Below are positions 41,785 to 50,622 of a DNA stretch of 64,000 bases, one piece after another; position 1 is the stretch's first letter, and every line of letters begins with the position of its first letter. Where the stretch lies: IMG/VR virus record IMGVR_UViG_3300037461_000469, positions 93,752 through 157,751 of that record. One strand, written 5' to 3'. Below the pieces are notes generated by a model, which saw nothing but the letters and a program-made list of their open reading frames with translations, was not told where the DNA came from and made no database searches. A program made the translations under genes and the position numbers. The DNA is from a virus. Its lineage: Duplodnaviria; Heunggongvirae; Uroviricota; Caudoviricetes.

Positions 41785-43755
41785 TTATTTCTTACAAGTG
41801 AAATAAGAAATGTGTGAAATACCTTTCCCATCGTAACTGCAAAGTTGTTGACCCGCAACCACATTGAGATAATAGATATACTTGGTTCCCGCTTTCACCA
41901 ACACAACAGATGCATCTGTAGATGCGCTTGCGCAGTTGCCGCTAAAACCATCATCCTTTTTGAGAAACACCCACGGCCCCGGCATTACATTAGCGTTGAC
42001 CCAAGCGGTTTCTGTTTCGGGACTACTGTTTGGCAACTCAAACCCCTGTGGTGCGCTACTAATTGCTGTTGGGCAGGGGATTTCTTCCCACTCTACTGAA
42101 ACTGTCTTGTCGATGGAGGTGCAGGCGTTGATGGCTTCCAAAAGCCAACTCATCGGCCCTGTAACGTGAAATAATTTACTACCTACAGCATCAACAATAA
42201 CCCCTGCCAAGAGAACCTTGTCTGCTTTTTGAACCGACCAAGCAACAGTAACATCGCCGCTACCGACAACCTTTGAAGGCGTAACCGTCAGGTAAGCAAT
42301 AATAGGGATATCGCAATTGACTGTATTGATAGTGATGGTCTGTTCCTTACAGAACACTTCGACACCATCTACCAACGTGTAAGCCCTGAGCGTGTAGGGA
42401 AAACTACCTAGTGAGTTGAAAACAATTGGATACTTCCCAACGTTTGCCTCGACTTCTGCGTTTTCAAAGGTTACTCTCGTAGCCCCATCGACATTCCAAC
42501 TGAAATTGACTGTTTCACCAAGTTTTACTGTATTTCTGTCTGCTTCGAAACTCATTTGTACTTTATCACACTTCGGGTCATTATCACCGCAGTCCTTGGC
42601 GATGATTTTGTTTCCACAGGGTTTGGAAGTCTTACCGTTCTTATCCATCCCCGAAACCATAATGATAGGCTCGACTGCGTTCAGGTAGTGGTGGCTTATT
42701 GGAAAATTGCCAGGAACATTGACTGTGTATTGTATGCTCGTGCCATCGCCCCAATCTACGAAGATTTTATAAGGGGGAGTACCGCCTGAAATACAGATAG
42801 AACCTACGAAATCCAAACACTTCGGGTCTCCGATGTTGCAACAATCGACCTTAAACGGGTCGTTAATTCTCTTCGGTTCTCCCTTCTTCACTTCCCAAAT
42901 AACAGGTGAGAAGTACATCGGCTCTGCGATGCGGCCTAATTTTTGGCTGAAGTCCAACACGCCCAAGCCGCCGTAATTGCTGATACCCAACTTGAAGGTG
43001 TATCCCTTCGGGTCGTTTCCAAGCATCCCTGGAAACAGGTTGTGGATGTAGTACCAATTCTCATTTTCAAACTTGGTGTAGAAAACGTTGCCGCCGATAA
43101 TCCACGGCTTGCTCTTAAACAGTTGATACTGAAGCCCTGCGCCAAGTTGATAATTCTCTCCTTCAATCTTAAATCCATCAAGGCTTGCGATGAACTTCTT
43201 GCCGAAGCCAAAGTCCACGTCAAAGCCGTATGAGTTTACCTGTCTTGCCCACTTCTCTGACCCGACTAGGAACACGCCCAAATCGTCTTCAAAAAAGGTG
43301 TCCTCCAAGGGCATCACGAAAACAGGGTCGCTGATAGGCCACGTCCCAAAGACGCTGACCCAAACATTCTTCCAAGGGGTGAGACTCAGGCGCGCTCCAC
43401 CTTCCAAGAAAGGCATCTTGCCTGTCTCAAAATTTTTTACAGCCAAGCCGTTAAGGAACCCGCTCAACCTGATACGGTTCGTTCCCACCCCGACCATTGG
43501 CTCAAATCCCAATTGCCACTCTTCACCGAATTTGAACTTGTACACGTTGTACATCGCTCCAAGTTGCCCGTAAAGAAACCACTTGTTGCTGAGGGTGAAC
43601 CTCTTGGCAATAACTAGTTCGCTGTCAAGTGCTAGTCCTTCTTGATTCCCCGATGCTGAAATCGTAGGAATGACTTCCATTGTCTGCTCATCCGTTTGAG
43701 CAAATGCTCCGAAACACATGAGAGACATTAGTAATGCGATGATTACTTTTTTCAT
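41785..43755 (-). CDS. Secreted/outer-membrane protein: signal peptide, putative beta-barrel, PKD/Ig-like repeats
   Basis: MKKVIIALLMSLMCFGAFA signal; alternating aromatic/Gly beta strands to about aa 270; VDWGDG PKD motif; V..GETVNFSWNV..A..V Ig-like repeats. Confidence 0.65.
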   Translation of the reverse strand: MKKVIIALLMSLMCFGAFAQTDEQTMEVIPTISASGNQEGLALDSELVIAKRFTLSNKWFLYGQLGAMYNVYKFKFGEEWQLGFEPMVGVGTNRIRLSGFLNGLAVKNFETGKMPFLEGGARLSLTPWKNVWVSVFGTWPISDPVFVMPLEDTFFEDDLGVFLVGSEKWARQVNSYGFDVDFGFGKKFIASLDGFKIEGENYQLGAGLQYQLFKSKPWIIGGNVFYTKFENENWYYIHNLFPGMLGNDPKGYTFKLGISNYGGLGVLDFSQKLGRIAEPMYFSPVIWEVKKGEPKRINDPFKVDCCNIGDPKCLDFVGSICISGGTPPYKIFVDWGDGTSIQYTVNVPGNFPISHHYLNAVEPIIMVSGMDKNGKTSKPCGNKIIAKDCGDNDPKCDKVQMSFEADRNTVKLGETVNFSWNVDGATRVTFENAEVEANVGKYPIVFNSLGSFPYTLRAYTLVDGVEVFCKEQTITINTVNCDIPIIAYLTVTPSKVVGSGDVTVAWSVQKADKVLLAGVIVDAVGSKLFHVTGPMSWLLEAINACTSIDKTVSVEWEEIPCPTAISSAPQGFELPNSSPETETAWVNANVMPGPWVFLKKDDGFSGNCASASTDASVVLVKAGTKYIYYLNVVAGQQLCSYDGKGISHISYFTCKK

Positions 43756-43757
43756 AT

Positions 43758-43967
43758 TTACTCTCCTATATTAAATTTGCCCTTGACAAAACCATCTAGT
43801 TTTGCCAGGTAATCCAAATCCATTTGTAACGTGTCCTTGACTATTTCTTTTTTCGAATCGGGGGATTCACAATATTTGAGCAGTTTAATACAATCTGCCA
43901 AATTGAAAATTAGGGTTCGAAAAGTTCTTGCGATATAATCTTTTTCGTCTTTTGTCAATTCTTCCAT
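43758..43967 (-). CDS. Small hypothetical protein
   Basis: 69 aa ORF; late motif at 43984-90. Confidence 0.5.
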   Translation of the reverse strand: MEELTKDEKDYIARTFRTLIFNLADCIKLLKYCESPDSKKEIVKDTLQMDLDYLAKLDGFVKGKFNIGE

Positions 43968-44065
43968 CTTTGTTTCCTGAATTTATTTATTGTTTTGGTT
44001 TTAATTTAAAACAAAAAAATCCTAGAATTCTACTTCTAGGTATTTTAAAACAAAAATATTTTACT

Positions 44066-44374
44066 TTAAGATTTCTTTGCTCTGAACAACCATTGTATAT
44101 CGTTGAAGTCATCATTTAGACGTTCTACTTCGATATCCCAACCATCTTTCGTGATTTCATCTAAAATATTTTCCCGTTCTATCAATTCCAATTCGTTAGA
44201 CGTAAAGTATTGATTTCTAATTTCGGGCTTCAGGCCAAAAACATCCCCCACTTGGGTAATCATAACATTTTTGACTAGAAGGGTATCGCCGCCGAACCAA
44301 TTATCGTACATCACACTTTCCATACGCATCTTCAGGTCAGCAACTCTTCCTCTCTTAATTTCATGTAGTGTCAT
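44066..44374 (-). CDS. Hypothetical protein
   Basis: 102 aa ORF with RBS. Confidence 0.55.
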   Translation of the reverse strand: MTLHEIKRGRVADLKMRMESVMYDNWFGGDTLLVKNVMITQVGDVFGLKPEIRNQYFTSNELELIERENILDEITKDGWDIEVERLNDDFNDIQWLFRAKKS

Positions 44375-44384
44375 TTTTTTCTCC

Positions 44385-45407
44385 TTATATTTCTGATTTC
44401 CATTGAAATCTTTTGTGTTGATTTCCGAAATAGGCGAGTGCGCCTTCGCTAACTTCTATTCTGCCTGCGGTTGTTTTCTTAATATCCTCATTTTCAAAAG
44501 GGTCAAGCAGGCACTCAGGATTATAGTACTTAACAAAATTAGAAGCCGAATATCTTTCACCGTAAATGGCGAAAAGCATATTTAAGGCTCCACCAATGTA
44601 GACCGACTTCTTATGCATTTCATGCTTGATGAAATATCCAAGCGGCAGGCCATAAGACCCACAACTGAGAAAAGCAATATCGAAATTTAATTTAACAACG
44701 TCTGAAAAAATTCTCTCGCACTCCTCGTGCCAATTGTTTGTTTTCAGCCCCAACTTTTCCTTTGTATCTTCGGGATGTTGCCATGTCAGGTTGGTGTTGT
44801 ATGTCAACAGTTCAAAGTTTGGAAAGGTATATCCTTTGATAATCCTGTCCTTGCGTTTAAATTGATACTGCAACGACTTAGATAGCGGACTGATAATCAA
44901 GATACGCTTATCCTCTCCCCACGTTTTGAATGAGTTTAAAAACGGCATCACCAATTCAATGAAACCGTAGTTGATAAGTGTCTTATTTGACATCGTGTAG
45001 TCTAACAGAAATGTGGCCTTGGCTGGCCATTCAGGTCTGCCAGAAAAATACTCTGAGATATTTTCTTGTTCGATAAGAGTTATCAGACTTTCATTGGCAT
45101 AGGTTGCCACATCTGCATCTCGACAATTTGATATTATTTTTCTCGCATACAAAAGAAAGTTATCTTTTTTATTTTCGAAGTCAAAATATCCTGGACCATT
45201 TTTTGCCAAGTAATTTAAGCGATTGTATAACCATTCTTCTTCAAACCATCTTGGGTTATGTCGTTGAACTGAGGCAATATCAAACTCTATACCACCCAAT
45301 CTGCTAAAATTCAATAATTCAGGAGAATCCATCAGGTCGTTGAAAGTGGTGATTAAGTTTGGGTCGGTAGGATTTGTGTAGATGGGTACTGATGAGTTCT
45401 TATACAT
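44385..45407 (-). CDS. Putative glycosyltransferase-associated protein
   Basis: FSRLGGIE N-terminus; DIAFLSCGSYGLPL...K..VYIGGAL..LF.I.G.R C-terminus; adjacent to GT2. Confidence 0.55.
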   Translation of the reverse strand: MYKNSSVPIYTNPTDPNLITTFNDLMDSPELLNFSRLGGIEFDIASVQRHNPRWFEEEWLYNRLNYLAKNGPGYFDFENKKDNFLLYARKIISNCRDADVATYANESLITLIEQENISEYFSGRPEWPAKATFLLDYTMSNKTLINYGFIELVMPFLNSFKTWGEDKRILIISPLSKSLQYQFKRKDRIIKGYTFPNFELLTYNTNLTWQHPEDTKEKLGLKTNNWHEECERIFSDVVKLNFDIAFLSCGSYGLPLGYFIKHEMHKKSVYIGGALNMLFAIYGERYSASNFVKYYNPECLLDPFENEDIKKTTAGRIEVSEGALAYFGNQHKRFQWKSEI

Positions 45408-46053
45408 TTTTCATCCGTGAATGAAGTTCGGGAACAATTTCGGAAAATTCACGACCATACTTCTCCATAAAAACCTTGTAGTTCGGGTTGTTGTGGCTGA
45501 AGTCGCATCGTGTTCCGTCTTTGTGAATAAAATACTGAAGCACCCTGTCCCCGTTGTAGGGGTACTCTTGACTGCTTCCGTAAATTATCGGGATGTTGTT
45601 CTCTACCATCCTGATGTAGAAGTCGGCATCTTCCCAACCGAAACTCGTGAATTTTTCATCGTACAACCCAACTTCGGAGTACATCGATTTGCGGGAAATG
45701 TTACAGTAGGATTGCCCCACGTAATCGTAGAGGCGAAGCAGGGGAGTAACTGCTTCCACCCATCCTTCCTTGAACACGACATCATCGTTAGAAATCATTA
45801 CGTAATCCGTGATAGTGTCCTTGATGCAATTGTTCCACGTCTTCGACAGACAGGGAAAATTCAGTTTGTTGTAAATGTACGAACAACCATTATCAAATAA
45901 AATATTGGCAGTTCGTTGGCGAATGTCTTTACTACCTTGATTGATGACGGCGAAAGATATCCCGCCTGACGTTTTTCGAAAAGACTTTGCCCACTCGATG
46001 ATGTTCTCATCATTGTTGTAGGCGGTAACCCAAACTTGTAAATTGTTGACCAT
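45400..46053 (-). CDS. Glycosyltransferase family 2
   Basis: VINQGS, WNNCI...DYVMISNDDV, VGLYDEKF..FGWEDADF. Confidence 0.85.
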   Translation of the reverse strand: MVNNLQVWVTAYNNDENIIEWAKSFRKTSGGISFAVINQGSKDIRQRTANILFDNGCSYIYNKLNFPCLSKTWNNCIKDTITDYVMISNDDVVFKEGWVEAVTPLLRLYDYVGQSYCNISRKSMYSEVGLYDEKFTSFGWEDADFYIRMVENNIPIIYGSSQEYPYNGDRVLQYFIHKDGTRCDFSHNNPNYKVFMEKYGREFSEIVPELHSRMKNV

Positions 46054-46057
46054 TTTA

Positions 46058-46561
46058 CTAAACGAGTAATTTATCGTCCCTTGTTATTTTCTCGTAAGCC
46101 GCCCATTGGGTGATTCCTGGGAACTGCGAGATAAAAATATCTTCCTGAATCCCTGCGTAGCGATGTGCTTCTTTGTACTGCAAGCCCACATTCACCATCA
46201 TGTACGATTCGAACAGTTCGTGGAAGATGATGTTGAAGGTGCTGACAGCGTGTGATTTTGTTTTCGCGTCCACGTAAGCCAAATCCACATCGACTTCGAT
46301 GTAAGCGTCAAGTCCGTTCGGAGGCCAATACACGCCGCCCTTTTTCTTTTTAATCTCCAACTTGGTCAGCCGCTCGTCCTCGCACGTCTTCAGGTTCTTT
46401 ATCTCCCCGCTACCTTTTGTTAAGTTTATCCCGTAGGTGAACTTGGACATTTCCAAGAGTTTCATCAGGTGTTCGAACATATTGTATTCGTGTTTTGCCT
46501 GTAGAAATTTTCTGATTTCGTTTGTCTTTTTGCGGGAATAAGGGGTTTGATACTTTATCAT
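46058..46561 (-). CDS. Hypothetical protein with HExxE metal-binding-like motif
   Basis: IIFHELFESY...Y.EAH; ATGA-coupled to RNR stop. Confidence 0.5.
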   Translation of the reverse strand: MIKYQTPYSRKKTNEIRKFLQAKHEYNMFEHLMKLLEMSKFTYGINLTKGSGEIKNLKTCEDERLTKLEIKKKKGGVYWPPNGLDAYIEVDVDLAYVDAKTKSHAVSTFNIIFHELFESYMMVNVGLQYKEAHRYAGIQEDIFISQFPGITQWAAYEKITRDDKLLV

Positions 46562-48774
46562 ATCGCACACTTTCCATATCCACAGTCGGGATTCGCACAC
46601 TCTTCACAACCGCCTTCCTTTTTCAACGTCTTTTTGCCACAACTCGGACAGGTCTGCAAGCCGTCTGATTTTTCTTCTTTGGTAACGTAATTGGTAACAG
46701 CGGTAACAGTTTTAGTCGGTGGCCTGATTCCCATGTGGTCGCTGATGACCTTTGCCAACTTCAGCAACAGTCCCTCTTCGTTCTTGGAAGATTTCTGTAA
46801 TTGGGTGATGACAAATTCGGAGTCGCTCGTTCGTCTGAAAATTGCCGAAAGCAGGCGAGTGATTACATTCAGATACTCGTTGGATTCTTTCGAATTGATG
46901 AAAATTTCAAACGGACGGAATTTCGTCCCTTCCAAAATGTTGTTGATGGTGATGTAAAACGTATCTTCCTTTTCGTCCTTGATTTGATACGTCTTGCCGA
47001 CAAGTTCGTAGGGTCTGGATTTCTTTGAAGTAAGGATATTTTCCCTACACCCGTCCCTGTAAATCGTGATACCTTTCAGCCCTTCCTTCCACGCCGTCAT
47101 GTAAATCTCGTGAACGTTTTCCTGTGTAGAAGTTGATGGTAGGTTGACCGTGTTGGAGATTGCAGTACAAACGTACTGCTGAATTATCCCCTGCATCCTG
47201 ATACGGAATTTCCAATCAATTCCGTGGGCTGTAACCCAAACGGCCTCGTCCATTTCGTACTTTTTGTCCAAAAATCGCTTGTAAAGGGGGTGGTAGAACT
47301 TTAAGGTCTGTCCTTGGCCAGAATCGCCCAAATTAACGGTTCTGTGGTACTCCAGGGAGAAGATTGGCTCGGTACTAGAGGAAACTCCTGCCAAGAGTGC
47401 AATCGACCCTGTAGGGGCTACAGAGAGCAAAGTGAGGTTTCGTAGGCCGCTTTTTGCCTTTTCCTTGATGTAGTCGGGTAAATTTTGCACAAATTTGGCC
47501 TTTGCCCACTTGTCGTAGTCCCACATCTTGAAACTGCCCTTTTCCTTGCCTAGTTCGCACGAGTACTCGTAGGCCGTGTTGCGCATCGTTTCGAACAGTT
47601 TTTTAGAAAAGTCGATGGCCTTTTCCGTGTCGTACTTGATACCAAGCATCACGAACATATCGGCTAGACCCATCACTCCCAATCCGACCCTTCTTGACCT
47701 TGCCGATTCGTCAATCTGTTCCTGAAACGGGAACAATTTGTACTTGATGGAAAGTTCGTTCACGTTATCCAAGAACCTGACTGCCGATTTAACCGTGGTC
47801 TTGAATCCTTCCCAATCGAAGTCGGCTCTGCTCGCAAAAGCCCACTTCACGAACTTAGTTAAGTTAATCGAACCCAAATTGCAGTTCCCCCACGTAGGCA
47901 ACGGTTGTTCGCCGCACGGATTTGTCCCGATTAAGGGGCTTTCGTCAAAGTGTTCGTTCGGTGTCCAATGCTGTATCCTGTCCCAAAATAAAACCCCAGG
48001 CTCTGCCGAACGCCAATTGTTTTCGATGATGTTGGCGAAGATGGCACGTGCCTTGTAAGCCTGTTTGATTTCCTCGCCTGAATCCTTGACCTTGAAGTAG
48101 ACTTCCCAATCGCCGTCTGTTTCAACTGCCTTCATAAAAGCGTCCGATAACTTGATGCTGATATTGGCTGAGTTCATTTTGGTGTGGTCTTTCTTGGCGT
48201 TGATGAAGTTCAGGATGTCGGGGGACTTGTCGGAAATCGAAAGAAGCATCGCCCCACGCCGTCCTGAGATTGCGATGTTGGTGGTAACGGCTGAGTACAG
48301 GTTCATAAAAGGCACAACGCCGTCAGAGTAGATTGCGGAGTTGTTGACCTTTGCGCCTGCGGGACGAATCTTCGACAGGTCGATGCCAACGCCGCCGCCG
48401 TAGGAATAAACCCTTGCGGCCTTCTGCACGATGTCGAAGATGCTTTCCAAATTGTCTTCGGGCTGAGGCAGAACAAAACAGTTGAACGGCGTGATTTTTC
48501 TTCTGCCCGTTTTGTTCTTGATATCTTCCGTCAGGGCGAACAGGATTCTGCCGCCTGGGACAAATTTCCAATCCTTCAAAATGTCGTAGAAATTGCCATC
48601 CCACTCTTTCTGATTTTCTTCCTTCTCCATTTCCGCAACGAGTTTCGCCAACCGTTTCCACACGTCAACAGGGGTCTCCCCGTTGATTCCGTATTTCTTG
48701 AACCAAATCTTAGCGATGTTTATATCACCGCCAAAGTGTTTTTCCGCAATCGACAGCAATTCCATATCATCCAT
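46558..48774 (-). CDS. nrdJ: Class II (adenosylcobalamin-dependent) ribonucleotide reductase
   Basis: PGGRIL, NCF, GGGVG.DLS..RP, RRGA, NPCGE, CNLGSINL, GLGVMG, APTGS, KGITIYRDG; C-terminal CPSCG...C..C..C; no adjacent beta subunit. Confidence 0.92.
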   Translation of the reverse strand: MDDMELLSIAEKHFGGDINIAKIWFKKYGINGETPVDVWKRLAKLVAEMEKEENQKEWDGNFYDILKDWKFVPGGRILFALTEDIKNKTGRRKITPFNCFVLPQPEDNLESIFDIVQKAARVYSYGGGVGIDLSKIRPAGAKVNNSAIYSDGVVPFMNLYSAVTTNIAISGRRGAMLLSISDKSPDILNFINAKKDHTKMNSANISIKLSDAFMKAVETDGDWEVYFKVKDSGEEIKQAYKARAIFANIIENNWRSAEPGVLFWDRIQHWTPNEHFDESPLIGTNPCGEQPLPTWGNCNLGSINLTKFVKWAFASRADFDWEGFKTTVKSAVRFLDNVNELSIKYKLFPFQEQIDESARSRRVGLGVMGLADMFVMLGIKYDTEKAIDFSKKLFETMRNTAYEYSCELGKEKGSFKMWDYDKWAKAKFVQNLPDYIKEKAKSGLRNLTLLSVAPTGSIALLAGVSSSTEPIFSLEYHRTVNLGDSGQGQTLKFYHPLYKRFLDKKYEMDEAVWVTAHGIDWKFRIRMQGIIQQYVCTAISNTVNLPSTSTQENVHEIYMTAWKEGLKGITIYRDGCRENILTSKKSRPYELVGKTYQIKDEKEDTFYITINNILEGTKFRPFEIFINSKESNEYLNVITRLLSAIFRRTSDSEFVITQLQKSSKNEEGLLLKLAKVISDHMGIRPPTKTVTAVTNYVTKEEKSDGLQTCPSCGKKTLKKEGGCEECANPDCGYGKCAI

Positions 48775-48794
48775 AAGAGTCTCCTATATTACGT

Positions 48795-49550
48795 TTACTT
48801 CAACAACAAAATTGCAAGCACGACCCCCGCAACGCCGCCGACCTTACTCCAAAATGCTCTCTTCTTAGCAGTTTTGTATTTCTTGTTTAAAATAACATTA
48901 TCGTCCAACAGAGTTTGTTTGTCTGTAGTGCATTTAACTCCTGCCTTCTCCAAAGCAGTTTTCAAATCGTTTTCACTTTTAGTAAGAAGAGCAACTTGTT
49001 CGTCTGCCTTTTTCTTATCTGCTTCACAGTTGGCTTTATCTTCTGCACACTTTTCTGCGTTAGAAACGAACTTGACTAAATCTTCTCGTTCAGGCGGCAT
49101 AATCTTGATATAATTATCAGCCGCAACGACTTGAACATCAATACCATTTCTCTTTAACAAAGCACCCAATTCTTTATCTTTACCCTCTTGTGATAACTGC
49201 GAGAACGAAGTCATAAAGTTAGTGTATTTGATTTGAATTTTTTCTTTCTCGGCCTTGTATTTATCCCGCTCTATGATGATTGCGGCATTGGCTTCGTCTT
49301 TCTCTTTTACTGAAGCCAACAAATCCTTGATTTGTTTCTGTAATTCCTTAGATATTGCTTCGTTAGCCTTCTTGTCCTTCTCTGCTTGTTCTGCGGCGGC
49401 ATCATTCCGAATCTTTTGCTTGTAGATGGAACAACCCCTGAATCCTGCGACAATAATGAAAAGTATCAACACAGTAATTGCGATATTTTTGATATCACCC
49501 GTTTTGATACTTGTTAAAAACGCCTTAATTTTTTCCCAAATCTTGTTCAT
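48795..49550 (-). CDS. Membrane-anchored coiled-coil protein (spanin-like architecture)
   Basis: N-terminal TM helix, long coiled coil, hydrophobic C-terminus. Confidence 0.5.
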   Translation of the reverse strand: MNKIWEKIKAFLTSIKTGDIKNIAITVLILFIIVAGFRGCSIYKQKIRNDAAAEQAEKDKKANEAISKELQKQIKDLLASVKEKDEANAAIIIERDKYKAEKEKIQIKYTNFMTSFSQLSQEGKDKELGALLKRNGIDVQVVAADNYIKIMPPEREDLVKFVSNAEKCAEDKANCEADKKKADEQVALLTKSENDLKTALEKAGVKCTTDKQTLLDDNVILNKKYKTAKKRAFWSKVGGVAGVVLAILLLK

Positions 49551-49561
49551 TTTATTTCTCC

Positions 49562-49687
49562 TTAGATAATTTTATCAATCAAAAAATCTGTTGCTTTTTC
49601 CACAGCCTTCTTGACTTTCTTGTTGTTCACAAGAACCACGACTGTTGCGATGGCAACAGCCCACCAGAATATTTTCTTTTTAGTCAT
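49562..49687 (-). CDS. Small membrane protein (41 aa, not in ORF track)
   Basis: Read manually: MTKRKIFWWAVAIATVVVLVNNKK...; GGAG RBS. Confidence 0.5.
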   Translation of the reverse strand: MTKKKIFWWAVAIATVVVLVNNKKVKKAVEKATDFLIDKII

Positions 49688-49892
49688 TTTTTATCTCCTT
49701 TATTTTCCTAGGATGGGGACATTCTTTTAATTCACTCAAAGCCAACGGATAAGCAAATGGAGAAGAATCGGAATCATCTTTTACCCATTTGGAACAAGTT
49801 TTCAGGTCGTGAACTCCGAATGGGCCTATATAAGTGTAAGCCAATTTACAGAATATTTTCTCTGCGGGACACCAATTTTCCATATTTGTCAT
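49680..49892 (-). CDS. Small hypothetical protein
   Basis: 70 aa ORF with RBS. Confidence 0.45.
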   Translation of the reverse strand: MTNMENWCPAEKIFCKLAYTYIGPFGVHDLKTCSKWVKDDSDSSPFAYPLALSELKECPHPRKIKEIKND

Positions 49893-50144
49893 TTATTTCT
49901 CCGTTTCTTGTTCATACTTTTGCATCATTTCATCATTAGGTGCAGGAAACGTAACCTTCAACACCTGATGGACGGGATAATATTCCATCACGCCTTTGAC
50001 AGCATTTCTCCAACCGTAGTTGATGATTCTGTGTGCATGTTCCCTTGCTTTGACGGAATCTTCAACGTAATACTTGAAAACCCTTCCGTCCTGTAAATAC
50101 ACTTTGATTTGAACCTTGTCAGTTTCGATAATTTCTTTACTCAT
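49893..50144 (-). CDS. Hypothetical protein
   Basis: 83 aa ORF with GGAGG RBS. Confidence 0.6.
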   Translation of the reverse strand: MSKEIIETDKVQIKVYLQDGRVFKYYVEDSVKAREHAHRIINYGWRNAVKGVMEYYPVHQVLKVTFPAPNDEMMQKYEQETEK

Positions 50145-50622
50145 TTTTATCCTCCTTCTCCTGAATATTCCAAGCCGTTGCTACTGCCAATGCCGCCCAC
50201 ATATCGGCCTTCATTCCGTAAGTCTTGCCAGGGTTTTTCTTCGTACCCTGTTCGCCGTAAATGTCGATAAGCCTCTGACGGATATTTTTGTCCTTGGCTC
50301 TGCTCGACCCGCAGAGAATGTGCTTGATAGGCATACGCTTGATGCGTTCGACTTTAAATCCTAACGAATCTAACATCTGCCAAAACCGTCCACTCCAAAC
50401 TGCGGTCTCAAATACTGTCTCTCCCACCGCCATGCCCATCCCTGCGACTTGTTCAATCACGCAGACATCGGGGGCGGGTTTGATTTGTTCGAAAGCCAAG
50501 AAGCATTGTTGGTTTGGTAGAATTGCTTTGTATAAAATTTCCTGTGTCTCTGTGTCCAAAAGCACTAATGCGCTTTGAATGTTGCCTGGGTCGATTCCTA
50601 GCACGATTCTCATTTTTGCCAA
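50137..50622 (-). CDS. RuvC-like Holliday junction resolvase
   Basis: VLGIDPG...VIEQ...G..RAKDK...D...ALAVA. Confidence 0.8.
   Translation of the reverse strand: MAKMRIVLGIDPGNIQSALVLLDTETQEILYKAILPNQQCFLAFEQIKPAPDVCVIEQVAGMGMAVGETVFETAVWSGRFWQMLDSLGFKVERIKRMPIKHILCGSSRAKDKNIRQRLIDIYGEQGTKKNPGKTYGMKADMWAALAVATAWNIQEKEDKNE

Noticed and set aside
44000-44060. AT-rich tract with tttaaaacaaaaa direct repeats around a cctagaa/ttctagg hairpin as replication origin
   Set aside because: Too short and equally explained as a terminator; no iterons or skew evidence available.
46558-48774. Intron or intein in RNR, PolB or helicase
   Set aside because: Catalytic motifs are at normal spacing, with no intein C/S...HN-C/S/T splice motifs; the endonucleases sit between genes, not inside them.
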